From an uncultured Verrucomicrobiota bacterium (lineage in GTDB: Bacteria > Verrucomicrobiota > Verrucomicrobiia > Opitutales > Intestinicryptomonadaceae), in NCBI GenBank assembly GCA_949287395.1, contig CASEFZ010000058.1:510-64509 (forward strand): a DNA stretch of 64,000 nt, read 5' to 3'. Numbering within the stretch: position 1 is the first letter of the stretch; the number at the start of each line of letters is the position of its first letter. The position numbers and the translations under genes were made by a program. The notes under the pieces are model-generated. The model did no database searches, was not told the origin of the DNA, and worked only from the letters and a program-made list of their open reading frames with translations. Positions 46,613 to 56,504 of this stretch are shown here, piece after piece.

Positions 46613-48181
46613 ATGGCGGACGAAAAGGAAATGACTTTTCTTGAGCACCTCGAGGAGATGAGGGGAGTCATTCTCCGCTGCGTCGGGGTGTTTGTGATTG
46701 CTTTGATTGGGGTGTTGATAGGGTTTCACTATTTCAACAGCCTGATGATGTACCCGCTAAATTCCGCCAAGAGAATAATAGCAATGTGGGTGGAGCCCTC
46801 GCCCGAAGACATAAAGGCGCAAGACCAGAAGCTTGGGCCGGTCTTTCTTGTGGGCGCGGACGATAAAGGCGCCGGGCAGCAGGCCAAGCAGGGGCCATTC
46901 TACATAGTTCCCACCCAAGACGGCATAGTTTTAAAGCCCCAAAAAGACGCGGGGTCCGATTGGTACAATGCAATCAAGCTTAGGTCTATGACCTTTGCAA
47001 CGCCGCTGATAGTCTGGTTTTATGTGGGTTTTCTCGGCGCGGTTGGGTTTTCGCTTCCGATAATGCTTTATTTTGTGGCGCGCTTCATAGCGCCGGGCCT
47101 TAAACCCGAAGAGCTAAAAATGCTGCGGCCCGGAATGATAGCGGGTGTGATACTTTTCGCGTTGGGCGCGGCTTTCGGGTTTGCGTTCATACTGCCGATG
47201 GGGATAGCGTTTATGTCGTACATGTCGCAGTCGATGGGGCTGGAAATGTTCCCGGACGCGCAAAGCTATTACAGCATGGTGATATTTGTCACGCTTGCAA
47301 TAGGCATGACATTTCAGCTGCCGCTGCTGGTTGTAATTCTGATATATTTGGGCGTGCTGGATGTTGCATGGCTGAAAAAGAACAGGAAGATAATATTTTT
47401 CGGGATACTCATATTTGCGACAATAGTGACGCCTCCGGACGTTTTGACACAGGTGTCGATAACGATACCTCTGTATTTGATGTACGAGGTGGCGGTGATT
47501 GTCGGCGAGCGCATGCGCAAGAGGAAGCTGAGGCAGGAGCAGCTTGAGGAGCTGCGCATGCAGGAGGAGGACGAGCGCGAGCGCAAAGAATATGCGCAGA
47601 TAGTGGCCCGCGAACGCCTTGCCGAGGAGAGGGAAGAAGAGGAAAACACGTCGGACATAGAGACGGAGTTGCAGATAGACAAGTCTGTTTACACCAGAGA
47701 CTCTGCCGACAATTACGAGGGCTACCCCTACGATCCCTATAATTACGACAACGACAATTACGACCCCGACAACGATCCCTATCTTCCCAAGCCGTACATA
47801 GATTACGGGCGCGCCGCCAGACATGTGCCGGACTTTGCCCCCAACTGGGATTTGAACCGCCAAGACACGTCTTTCATGACCCCGGATTGGACCCTGAATG
47901 CGCCTGAAGAGCAAACGGAGGCCGGCCGAGACGGTTTAAGCGCGGGGCAAAGCACGGAAGATCCGGCTGAAGCCCAAACGCCGGAAGAGGAAGTTTCCGG
48001 GAACGCGGGCGGAACTGGTGGAACTGAAGAACCGGCCCAATCTGACGGGAATTTACCCTATTCCCCGCCGGCATCCGCAGAGCCGGAAGGCGGTGAAAAA
48101 AAGCCTTCGGACAACGGCGCGGGAGATGGAAGCGCAGACGCCGGGCAAATGGGTCAGGACGGGAAGGCAGCCAAAAAATGA
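46613..48181 (+). CDS. tatC: Twin-arginine translocase subunit TatC with enlarged first loop and long acidic C-terminal extension
   Basis: MTFLEHLEEMRGVILRC..., FIAPGLKPEE, and IVTPPDVLTQVSITIPLYLMYEVAV are TatC strings. The TatC core ends near codon 300 (about 47510), and ~220 extra residues follow. Confidence 0.85.
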   Translation: MADEKEMTFLEHLEEMRGVILRCVGVFVIALIGVLIGFHYFNSLMMYPLNSAKRIIAMWVEPSPEDIKAQDQKLGPVFLVGADDKGAGQQAKQGPFYIVPTQDGIVLKPQKDAGSDWYNAIKLRSMTFATPLIVWFYVGFLGAVGFSLPIMLYFVARFIAPGLKPEELKMLRPGMIAGVILFALGAAFGFAFILPMGIAFMSYMSQSMGLEMFPDAQSYYSMVIFVTLAIGMTFQLPLLVVILIYLGVLDVAWLKKNRKIIFFGILIFATIVTPPDVLTQVSITIPLYLMYEVAVIVGERMRKRKLRQEQLEELRMQEEDERERKEYAQIVARERLAEEREEEENTSDIETELQIDKSVYTRDSADNYEGYPYDPYNYDNDNYDPDNDPYLPKPYIDYGRAARHVPDFAPNWDLNRQDTSFMTPDWTLNAPEEQTEAGRDGLSAGQSTEDPAEAQTPEEEVSGNAGGTGGTEEPAQSDGNLPYSPPASAEPEGGEKKPSDNGAGDGSADAGQMGQDGKAAKK

Positions 48182-50016
48182 GCCCCTCGGTAAAAGCCTT
48201 TGCGTTATTTTGCGCGTGTTGGCTGGCGGCGGCATTTTCAGGGTGCGACAGGGTTCCACAAATAGAGCGCGGGAAATTTCCGCTGCCAGCGGGCGTCGAA
48301 ATTTCCAAGTGCAAACCCGGCATGTACGGCGGAGTGTTTGTGCTGTCAACATCGCAGGAACCAAAGACATTCAACCAGTTAATGGCCTCCGACGCATATT
48401 CGAGCGAGGCCATAGCAATGCTTTCGGCGCAGCTGGTCACTTACGACCCTATTTCCGATGAAATAATACCCGCGCTTGCTCAGAGCTGGACAATCTCGGA
48501 AGACGGACGCACATACACTTTCAAGCTGAGGGAAGGCCTGAAATTTAGCGACGGCCACCCGCTGACTGCCGACGATGTTGTATTCACTTTCGACGCGATA
48601 TTTGCCCCGCAGCTGGACGCTGACGGAAAGCCGAAGACAGGCGAAGACGGAAAGGTGCTGCTTAAGTATCCGTCGCGCTATGCAGGCCAATACACGATAG
48701 GCGGGGAGCCGATAAAGTACAGAAAGATTGACGATCTGACTGTTGAATTTACCACAAAAAAAGTCTACGCGCCCTTTTTAAACGACATAGGGTTTATAGG
48801 GATAATGCCCAAGCACAAGCTTGCAAAGAGCGCCGCAGACGGAACGCTCCAGCAGGCATGGACAACGCAAACGGCGCTTGCAAACCCGTCTGAAATCGTC
48901 TCTTGCGGGGCGTTCGAGATACTTTCGTACAAGGCGGGCGAACGTCTTGTGCTCAAGCCCAATCCCCATTATTGGAGGGCCGATTCAAAGGGGCAGCGCT
49001 TGCCGTACATAGATTTTTTGATATACAAATACGTTGCCGATGTAAATACATCCACAATACTCTTCGCCACCGGGCAGTGCGACGCCGCAACCATAAGCGC
49101 CAACGATTTCGCGTGGGTGAAGGATTACGCGCAAACGTACTCCTTCAAGATATACGAGCGCGGCCCCGACACCGGAATATATTTTATTTGGTTTAACCAA
49201 AACCCGAACTCTGGCGAAGACGGGAAGCCTTACGTTTTGCCCTATAAGTTCAAGTGGTTTTCAAACCCTGATTTCAGGCGGGCGATAATGTGCGCAATAG
49301 ACAGGGGCGGACTGACAAAGAGCGTATGGTTCGGGAGGGCCGCAAAGTTGCACAGCGTGATAAGCCCGGCCAACCGGAAGTGGCACAACCCAAACGTAGT
49401 AAAATACGAATACGACCCGCAATACTCGCGCAAGCTGTTTGAGAAGGCGGGTTTTAAATACGGCCCTGACGGCTATCTGCGCGACGCCGAAGGCAACAGG
49501 GTGGAGTTTGAATTTATAGTGGCCGACGGATCGCAAAACTCGACGGCGATATCCACAACCTTTGTCGAAAACATGAAGGCGGTTGGGATAGACGTAAAGC
49601 TGAAGTTTTTGGATTTTGGCACAATAGTTGCAAAGGTTGACAACACCTTCGACTACGAAGCCGCAATGATGGGATTCACCGGCGGGGGCGACCCGAGCGG
49701 CGGAAAGGCAATATACCGCTCCGACGGCTTCCTGCACTTGTGGTATCCGCGGCAGAAGTCTCCGGCGACAGAGTGGGAAAAAGAAATCGACAGGATAATG
49801 GACGCGCAGGAGGTGGAAATGGATCCGCAGGCGCGCAAAAGGTTGATCTTTCAGATGCAGGAGATTTTTGCAAGAGAGCTGCCGATGCTCTACCTTGTGA
49901 CTCCCATGAGCTATTCGGGAGTGTCGGAGAAGTGGGGTAATGTGCGCGTGCCGCCAATAGGCTCGGCAATATGGAACATAGACGAGTTGTATCTCAAGGA
50001 GGGCGGCGGTGATTAA
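48178..50016 (+). CDS. ABC transporter substrate-binding lipoprotein, family 5 (peptide/nickel, OppA/DppA-like)
   Basis: Lipobox signal (LAAAFSGC). KTFNQL...LVTYDP...LAQSWTISEDGRTYTFKLREGLKFSDG is the classic family 5 SBP pattern. The ATG overlaps the tatC stop (ATGA). Confidence 0.9.
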   Translation: MSPSVKAFALFCACWLAAAFSGCDRVPQIERGKFPLPAGVEISKCKPGMYGGVFVLSTSQEPKTFNQLMASDAYSSEAIAMLSAQLVTYDPISDEIIPALAQSWTISEDGRTYTFKLREGLKFSDGHPLTADDVVFTFDAIFAPQLDADGKPKTGEDGKVLLKYPSRYAGQYTIGGEPIKYRKIDDLTVEFTTKKVYAPFLNDIGFIGIMPKHKLAKSAADGTLQQAWTTQTALANPSEIVSCGAFEILSYKAGERLVLKPNPHYWRADSKGQRLPYIDFLIYKYVADVNTSTILFATGQCDAATISANDFAWVKDYAQTYSFKIYERGPDTGIYFIWFNQNPNSGEDGKPYVLPYKFKWFSNPDFRRAIMCAIDRGGLTKSVWFGRAAKLHSVISPANRKWHNPNVVKYEYDPQYSRKLFEKAGFKYGPDGYLRDAEGNRVEFEFIVADGSQNSTAISTTFVENMKAVGIDVKLKFLDFGTIVAKVDNTFDYEAAMMGFTGGGDPSGGKAIYRSDGFLHLWYPRQKSPATEWEKEIDRIMDAQEVEMDPQARKRLIFQMQEIFARELPMLYLVTPMSYSGVSEKWGNVRVPPIGSAIWNIDELYLKEGGGD

Positions 50017-52297
50017 ATTTATTGCAAGGCGCCTTCTGTGGCTCTTCCCGCTGCTGCTCGGCATAAGCGCGCTGGTGTTTTTGCTTATGTATCTTGCCCC
50101 GGGAGATTTTCTCAGCCAGGCGAGAAGCTCAAAGGACATAAGCCCAGAAATAGTCAAGCAGGAGGAAATCAGGTTGGGTTTGGACAAGCCGTGGTATGTA
50201 CAATACGGCAGGTGGCTCAACGGGGTGTCGCCGCTTAAGACAAATATGCTTTTGCCGGATTCTGAAAGGGACAAGCACTCTCTGGTATATTTTGGGGCCC
50301 CGGATTTCGGCTATTCTTGGAGCTATAAAATTTCCGTTGCGGAGTTGATAGGGCAGCGTTTCTGGGCAACACTTGCGCTGGCGCTGTCGAGCACGTTTTT
50401 GATATACTTTTTGGCCATACCGCTCGGGGTGATTGCGGCGGTAAGGCAAAATTCGTGGTTCGACAAGCTGAGCGCGTTTTTGGGCTACGCGGCAATAAGC
50501 ATTCCGTACTTCTTTTTGGCGCTGTTGGCCGTGTTGTTCGCGGCGGTGACGGGCATTCTTCCCACGGGCGGGCAAGTATCCATAATGCACGATTTCCTGC
50601 CGCCGCTGGGACAGTTCTGGGACTGGATAAAACACCTCATTCTTCCCACTCTCGTCTTGTCCATAGGCGGCGTGGCCTCAATGATGCGCCTGATGCGCGG
50701 AAATTTCCTGGACTATTCGAGATCGGAGTTTGTGGTCACGGCGCGCGCAAAAGGCGCAAGCGAGCGCTCTATAATGTTCAAGCACGTTTTAAGAAACGCA
50801 ATAAACCCGATAGTGACATCTTTTGGCTTTGCGTTTGCGGGTTTGCTTTCCGGGGCGCTGCTTGTGGAAAATGTGATGAACTACCCTGGGCTTGGGCAGC
50901 TGATATACGCGGCAATAGTAAAGCAGGACCAATACGTGGTCATGGGCGGCGTGGTATTGGCCTGCACAATGCTTGTGGTTGGGCAACTGATAGCGGACAT
51001 ACTGCTCGCGGCAACGGACCCGCGCATAAGATTGGAAAACGAAAAAATACCCTGGGGTCCGGTTTCGGCAAGCCTTGCGGCCGTGTTGGCAGTAGCGGTG
51101 GGGCTAACTTGGGCATCGGAGGCAATGCCGGAATTTTTTGCGGCGCTAAAAAGCTTTGCGTTCTGGGCGTGCGCGGCAATAATAGCGGTGTTGTCGGCTC
51201 TAATAGCGGCGGGCCTGGTATGGGCGGCGGTGTTTTTTATTAAAAATTTCCTAAAGCCGGTCTTGAGATCCTACAGGGGCGCGTGCGCGTTGCTGATACT
51301 GGTGCTGATGTACGCGGCGGCGGTATTTGCGCCGTTTTTGGCGCCGTACGCGCCTACGCGCCAATGCCTGGACAAATCTTTTCACCCGCCTACGGGCCTA
51401 TTCTTCAAGGACGGCGCGTTGTACGCGAAAGTTTACAAGAATGTCGATCCCTCCGCAGCTAAGTATGAGCCCGTGCCGGGAGAGGGCCTGAAGGTAAAAT
51501 TCTTCTTCAAGGACGATTCAAGCGATTTTAAGATATTCGGGGCAATCCCTTTCAAATGGAGATTGTTCGGGGTGGAGTCCACGCAGCCAGACGCGCGCAT
51601 ATTTTTGCTTGGTTCGGACTCGACCGGGCGCGACGTTTTTTCAAGGCTTCTCTACGGGGCGCGAGTGTCGCTTAGCATAGGTTTTATAGGCATAGCCATA
51701 ACGATGGTTGTGGGCTTCTTGGTCGGGGGGCTTTCGGGATACTTCGGTGGGGCCTTCGATTTTCTATCGATGCGCTTTGTTGAATTTTTAATGGCAATTC
51801 CTTCGCTGTATCTTCTTTTGGCCATGCGCTCGGTGCTTGCGCCGCACTTTGACAGCGCGCAGATGTATTTGATGATAGTTATAATTTTGTCGCTTTTCGG
51901 CTGGGCGTCGACGGCGCGCGTCATAAGGGGAATGTCGCTCTCGCTGGCCAGCCGCCAATACGTATTGGCGGCAAAGAGCATGGGTGAGGGCGCAGTAAAA
52001 ATAATATTGCGCCACTTTCTGCCGAACGTGTTGAGTTATTTGATAGTGAGCGCAACTTTGTCGATACCGGCCTACATATTGGGCGAGGCCGCCCTTTCGT
52101 TTTTGGGGCTTGGCATACTAGAGCCGTCGGCCTCGTGGGGCCTTATGCTTGCGCAGGCGCAAAGCGACACCAAAGTTCTGATGTTGGGCTTCTGGTGGTT
52201 GCTTACACCGGGCGCGGCGATATTCGCAACTGTGCTTGTATTCAATATGCTTGGCGACGTTCTCCGGGACATTGCCGACCCCAAAAAAGATATTTAG
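50009..52297 (+). CDS. Fused ABC permease (DppB/OppB-like N-half + DppC/OppC-like C-half)
   Basis: 762 aa. N-terminal MIKFIARRLLWLFPLLLGISALVFLLMYLAPGDF is OppB-type, and the later GRDVFSRLLYGARVSLSIGF is OppC-type. The GTG start overlaps the SBP stop by 8 nt. Confidence 0.9.
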   Translation: MIKFIARRLLWLFPLLLGISALVFLLMYLAPGDFLSQARSSKDISPEIVKQEEIRLGLDKPWYVQYGRWLNGVSPLKTNMLLPDSERDKHSLVYFGAPDFGYSWSYKISVAELIGQRFWATLALALSSTFLIYFLAIPLGVIAAVRQNSWFDKLSAFLGYAAISIPYFFLALLAVLFAAVTGILPTGGQVSIMHDFLPPLGQFWDWIKHLILPTLVLSIGGVASMMRLMRGNFLDYSRSEFVVTARAKGASERSIMFKHVLRNAINPIVTSFGFAFAGLLSGALLVENVMNYPGLGQLIYAAIVKQDQYVVMGGVVLACTMLVVGQLIADILLAATDPRIRLENEKIPWGPVSASLAAVLAVAVGLTWASEAMPEFFAALKSFAFWACAAIIAVLSALIAAGLVWAAVFFIKNFLKPVLRSYRGACALLILVLMYAAAVFAPFLAPYAPTRQCLDKSFHPPTGLFFKDGALYAKVYKNVDPSAAKYEPVPGEGLKVKFFFKDDSSDFKIFGAIPFKWRLFGVESTQPDARIFLLGSDSTGRDVFSRLLYGARVSLSIGFIGIAITMVVGFLVGGLSGYFGGAFDFLSMRFVEFLMAIPSLYLLLAMRSVLAPHFDSAQMYLMIVIILSLFGWASTARVIRGMSLSLASRQYVLAAKSMGEGAVKIILRHFLPNVLSYLIVSATLSIPAYILGEAALSFLGLGILEPSASWGLMLAQAQSDTKVLMLGFWWLLTPGAAIFATVLVFNMLGDVLRDIADPKKDI

Positions 52298-52642
52298 GCA
52301 CCGCCAGGTTGCAAACGCCGAAACGCGAAGCCGGCCTCCGAGTTCCGAACGTGAAAAATTTTTAGCCTCCGGGAAGCTGAAGCGCCCGATTGGAAATTCA
52401 ATTTGAAACATGCTTTTGTGCTCCACCACAGCGGCGCATTAAAGAAAGCATAAAGATTGGAAAAGAAACGGGCATTCAAACAGATAAGGCGTTCAAAAGC
52501 GTGAATCGGACTGCCCGCGCACTACAAATTCGGGACATACCGGCAATAATACGTGCGGTTTGAAACAGGCAAAGGCAATTTGGGCAGCAAGCAAATCAGA
52601 AAATGCTCGCAAAATTTAAATTCTCCAAAAATAATAGTCCGC

Positions 52643-54175
52643 ATGAAGAAGGCGCTTTTTTCAGTTTTATATTTGATTTTCGCAATGGCTGCATTTGCGG
52701 CGGAAACTATGCCCGCCGCAGTAATAAAGATAGCCCCGCCGCATATTTTCACAAAGAGCCTTGACGACTTTATCAGGGCCGTGGCCCCGGAAACCTCTGT
52801 TCAAACGCAGATGATAATAGCCATGTCGATGGCCCAGTTTGGCTACCCGTTTTTCGACGGGGTCGACAGAGCAGAAAATGCCGTTGTTGCAATTTTCGAC
52901 AACTCCACTGGCAAGCCCGATGTGCTTGCGGCAATAAAAGCCGACCCTGCGGTGGCGGCCGTCTGCAAAAATGCGGCGGCGCAACAGGGGCAATACCTTG
53001 TAAAAAACGGCTGGTTCGCGGTAAACATGTCGGGCAAGCTTGACGCGGCAAAGTTTGAGGCCCTGGCAAATGCGACAATAGAATGCACGGAAGAAAAAAG
53101 CCCGTATTCTTTTTCGATATCGTTTTATCCAGAGCGTACGGGCATTAAAATCCCAAAAGATTCGCTCAAACTCAAAAATGAAGACTCTGCAAAAATTGCG
53201 CTGGCCTGCCTGGAAAACTTTTCGGATCTGTTTAAGCAGATGAAGAAATTGGAGCTTGCCCTAAACATAGGATCCGACGGGGTAGCGTCAAAGATGACTG
53301 TTTCGGCGAAGGACGGCTCCAAGATGGCTGAAGTTTTCAACATGCTTCCAAAACGCGCGAAAATCCGCGGGCTTGGCGCAATGAATACAGACGCTCTCTA
53401 TGTGGCCATGGGGTCAATAGACACCGCGCGCGCCACCGACCCGCTGTTAGATATGCTTATGCCGATGATAAAAAATTTCATGGAGATAAGCCAGCAGCAA
53501 GAGGAAGCAATAAGGGTGTATTCCAAGAAGTGCGGAACTACATGGGCGGGATACATGAACTTTAACCTTGGAAATGAAATATCCCCGGAAATTGTAAATG
53601 TCACCCAAACCTCGCTCTCCTACGACGACATGGAAAAATACAACAACTCCGTATTTCCGCTGAAATTGAAGATCCCGAGCGAATCGGGCATAAGCGAAAC
53701 AAATTTAAAACAAAGCTGCCAAAGAGTTAAGATTTCCGGGATGGAGGCCTTGAAGTTCACAACCACATGGGACCCCAAAATAAACGGAGTTGACAAAAGC
53801 GATGTCACTTATGTCCTGATAAAAGACGGTTTGCTTGTCCAGGCCTCATCGGAAGACCTGCTTGTAAAAGCGGCGGAAAAATTGTCCGAACAAAACCCTG
53901 CGTTGTCCCGTTTTGAGAAGACCGACAACGACGCAACAATGATACTAAACCTCGGAAAGATCCTGCCAACACAGGGCATCAACCTGGGCAAGCAGGAGAT
54001 ACCTCCGCTTGTCCTGTTCGCAAAATTTAAGAAAAATGCGGCGGAAGCATTTACGCGCATGGATGCCGGGACGATTTCAAAACTATACAAGATTTTTTCC
54101 GCGCTTCCGAAGCCGGGCGCCGCGAACCAGGCCCCCAAGGGCCAGCAGGGCGCGCCGCAAGACCAAAGCTTGTAA
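52643..54175 (+). CDS. Secreted hypothetical protein (510 aa)
   Basis: Signal peptide MKKALFSVLYLIFAMAAFAA from ATG 52643. No motif recognised. The C-terminal tail is Gln/Pro/Ala-rich. Confidence 0.65.
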   Translation: MKKALFSVLYLIFAMAAFAAETMPAAVIKIAPPHIFTKSLDDFIRAVAPETSVQTQMIIAMSMAQFGYPFFDGVDRAENAVVAIFDNSTGKPDVLAAIKADPAVAAVCKNAAAQQGQYLVKNGWFAVNMSGKLDAAKFEALANATIECTEEKSPYSFSISFYPERTGIKIPKDSLKLKNEDSAKIALACLENFSDLFKQMKKLELALNIGSDGVASKMTVSAKDGSKMAEVFNMLPKRAKIRGLGAMNTDALYVAMGSIDTARATDPLLDMLMPMIKNFMEISQQQEEAIRVYSKKCGTTWAGYMNFNLGNEISPEIVNVTQTSLSYDDMEKYNNSVFPLKLKIPSESGISETNLKQSCQRVKISGMEALKFTTTWDPKINGVDKSDVTYVLIKDGLLVQASSEDLLVKAAEKLSEQNPALSRFEKTDNDATMILNLGKILPTQGINLGKQEIPPLVLFAKFKKNAAEAFTRMDAGTISKLYKIFSALPKPGAANQAPKGQQGAPQDQSL

Positions 54176-54194
54176 TTAGCCGCACGGCAGACAA

Positions 54195-56420
54195 GTGAAA
54201 GAAAGCAAGGCAGTAAAAGTTGCCCTGTTGAGGGGTATCGACAGGGCCCTATTTTATTCGGTTCCCGACGAGTGTTCCGAAGGCGTAAAAAGGGGCAGCC
54301 TGGTGAAGGTGCCGCTGCGTGCGGCCTGCGCACACGCGATAGTTCTGGACGTGCTTGACGCTTCCGAGGCGGGAGACATAAAGCTAAAGCCCATATCCGG
54401 ACTTGTCCAGCCCGAGCGCGCGCTGACGGACGACCTTATAAAAATAGCCTTCTGGATGCGCGAATATTACGGCTGCGGGCTTCAGGGAATATTTGAAGCC
54501 ATGATCCCGTCGGTTGTAAGGGCCGGAAAAGGCGCGCTTGAGGCGCGCCAGGCCGAGCTTTCAAGAGAGCTGCGCATTGAAGACATAGAGGCGGCCTGCG
54601 CGCGCGCGCCCATTCAGGCGCGCATATGCAACATTTTGTCGTGCCAATCGGAGCCAGTTTTAATTTCCGCGCTGTTAAAGATGGCCGACGCCAACCACGC
54701 GGCGCTTGTGGCCCTCGAAAAAAAGGGCCTTGTAAAAATATCGACAAAGGTTCTCTCGCGCGGGGCGTACGACGACGAGCTCTCAAACATAGAGCTTGTG
54801 CCCGATCAAGACCGCCCGTTGAATGAGCAGCAGCAGTCTGCCTACGAAGCCATATGCCGCGACGTGGCCTCGCGCGAGTTTTCCCCCAGGCTGCTTTACG
54901 GTGTCACGGGCTCGGGCAAGACGGAAGTTTACATAAGGGCGATGAAAAAGGCCATTTCCGACGGCGGCAGCTGCGTGTTTCTGGTGCCGGAAATTTCGCT
55001 TACGCCGCAAACTGTCGGGCGGCTGAGAAGCAGGCTGGCAGACGCGGGGCTCGTGGTGTGGCACAGCGGCCTTTCGGAGGGGCAGAGGCTCGACGCGTGG
55101 AGGGCCCTTGCAAGAGGCGAGGCGAAGGTTGTGGTGGGGGCGCGCTCGTGCGTGTTTGCGCCGCTTGATAACATACGCCTCATAATCGTCGACGAGGAGC
55201 ACGACGGCGCCTACAAGCAAGATTCTTCTCCGCGCTATAACGGGCGCGACATGGCCATATTGCGCGCAAAAAATCTGTCGGCGGCGTGCGTTTTGGGGTC
55301 GGCCACGCCGGCTCTCGAGACGCTCTACAACGTCGAGAGCGGCAAGTACAAAATTAGCCGCATAACAAAGAGGGTTGACGGCAGCAGCATGCCGCGCGTT
55401 TTCATAGTTGACATGGGCAGGGAAAAGCCCGGAACGGTGTTGTCGCGCCCGCTTTGCGACAAGATTGCCCAAAGGCTTGAAAACAGGGAGCAAATTATAC
55501 TCTTTTTAAACCGCCGCGGATATTCCAAGCTTTTCGAGTGCCCCGATTGCGGATATGTGGAGGAATGCCCGCACTGCTCTGTCAGCATGACATGGCACAG
55601 GCGCGAAGACCTTGTCAAATGCCACATGTGCGGCTTCTCCAGACAGGCGCCATCGGCGTGCCCGAAGTGCGGGTCGCTGAAGGCAAAATGGAGCGGACAC
55701 GGAACACAAAAGGTAGAGGACATTGTGGCAAAAATGTTCCCCTCGGCCCGCGTCGGAAGAATGGACCGCGACGCCATGAGGCGCAAAGACAATTACAGAA
55801 AGATCTTGGGAGACTTCCGCGCGGGAAAGCTTGATGTGCTTGTGGGCACGCAGATGATAGCAAAGGGATTGGATTTCCCGAGGGTGACGCTGGTTGGAAT
55901 AATAGACGCCGACACGTCGCTCCACATGCCTGATTTCCGCTCGGCGGAAAAGACCTATCAACTGATTGTGCAAGTTGCCGGAAGAGCCGGGCGCGGCGGA
56001 GACAACGGCGAGGTGATAGTTCAGACACGCTCGCCCGAAGCTCAGCCGATCCGCTGCGCGAAATCCGACGACCTGCAAAGCTTTCTGGCCGACGAATTGG
56101 CCGCAAGGCGCGAATACGGATACCCCCCCACAACCCATTTAATACGCCAAATATTGCGCTCGCGCAACGAGCAAAAGCTGTCTATGTACGCGGAAGAATG
56201 GGCAAAGCGCGCCCAGGAAAAATTCGGAAATATCTGCGGCATACGCGGGCCCGCCCCTGCCCCGATTGAAAAATCCGAAGATTTCTACCGGTGGCATATA
56301 TGGTATTTCACAAATTCGGGAAGGGCGGTTGTGGCGCAAATTGCCTCGCTTAAGGAATCGTTCCCTCCCGGGAAGGACATTGAAGACGCATTGGACGTAG
56401 ACCCAATATCCTTAATGTAA
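54195..56420 (+). CDS. priA: Primosomal protein N' (replication restart helicase PriA)
   Basis: GVTGSGKTEVY (Walker A), VDEEHD, Cys-rich zinc region CPDCGYVEECPHCSVSMTWH...CHMCG...CPKCG. GTG start. Confidence 0.95.
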   Translation: MKESKAVKVALLRGIDRALFYSVPDECSEGVKRGSLVKVPLRAACAHAIVLDVLDASEAGDIKLKPISGLVQPERALTDDLIKIAFWMREYYGCGLQGIFEAMIPSVVRAGKGALEARQAELSRELRIEDIEAACARAPIQARICNILSCQSEPVLISALLKMADANHAALVALEKKGLVKISTKVLSRGAYDDELSNIELVPDQDRPLNEQQQSAYEAICRDVASREFSPRLLYGVTGSGKTEVYIRAMKKAISDGGSCVFLVPEISLTPQTVGRLRSRLADAGLVVWHSGLSEGQRLDAWRALARGEAKVVVGARSCVFAPLDNIRLIIVDEEHDGAYKQDSSPRYNGRDMAILRAKNLSAACVLGSATPALETLYNVESGKYKISRITKRVDGSSMPRVFIVDMGREKPGTVLSRPLCDKIAQRLENREQIILFLNRRGYSKLFECPDCGYVEECPHCSVSMTWHRREDLVKCHMCGFSRQAPSACPKCGSLKAKWSGHGTQKVEDIVAKMFPSARVGRMDRDAMRRKDNYRKILGDFRAGKLDVLVGTQMIAKGLDFPRVTLVGIIDADTSLHMPDFRSAEKTYQLIVQVAGRAGRGGDNGEVIVQTRSPEAQPIRCAKSDDLQSFLADELAARREYGYPPTTHLIRQILRSRNEQKLSMYAEEWAKRAQEKFGNICGIRGPAPAPIEKSEDFYRWHIWYFTNSGRAVVAQIASLKESFPPGKDIEDALDVDPISLM

Positions 56421-56442
56421 CCAATTTCAAAGGTGACTCCGC

Positions 56443-56470
56443 AAAAAAGCGCCCCGCCGCGGCGGAGCGC
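56443..56470 (-). terminator. Intrinsic terminator after folE2 (between convergent priA and folE2)
   Basis: GC-rich ~9-bp stem with one mismatch (GCGCCCCGC / GCGGAGCGC). On the minus strand it is followed by T6 (plus-strand A6 at 56443-56448). Confidence 0.7.
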
Positions 56471-56504
56471 CAAGTGGAAAAAATAACCGCTTTAAAAGAG
56501 CGCC

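Noticed and set aside
47114-50274. Minus-strand ORFs of 266 aa and 337 aa antisense to tatC and the SBP gene.
   Set aside because: The plus-strand products carry clear TatC and family 5 SBP signatures. The antisense ORFs have no motifs and have biased composition.
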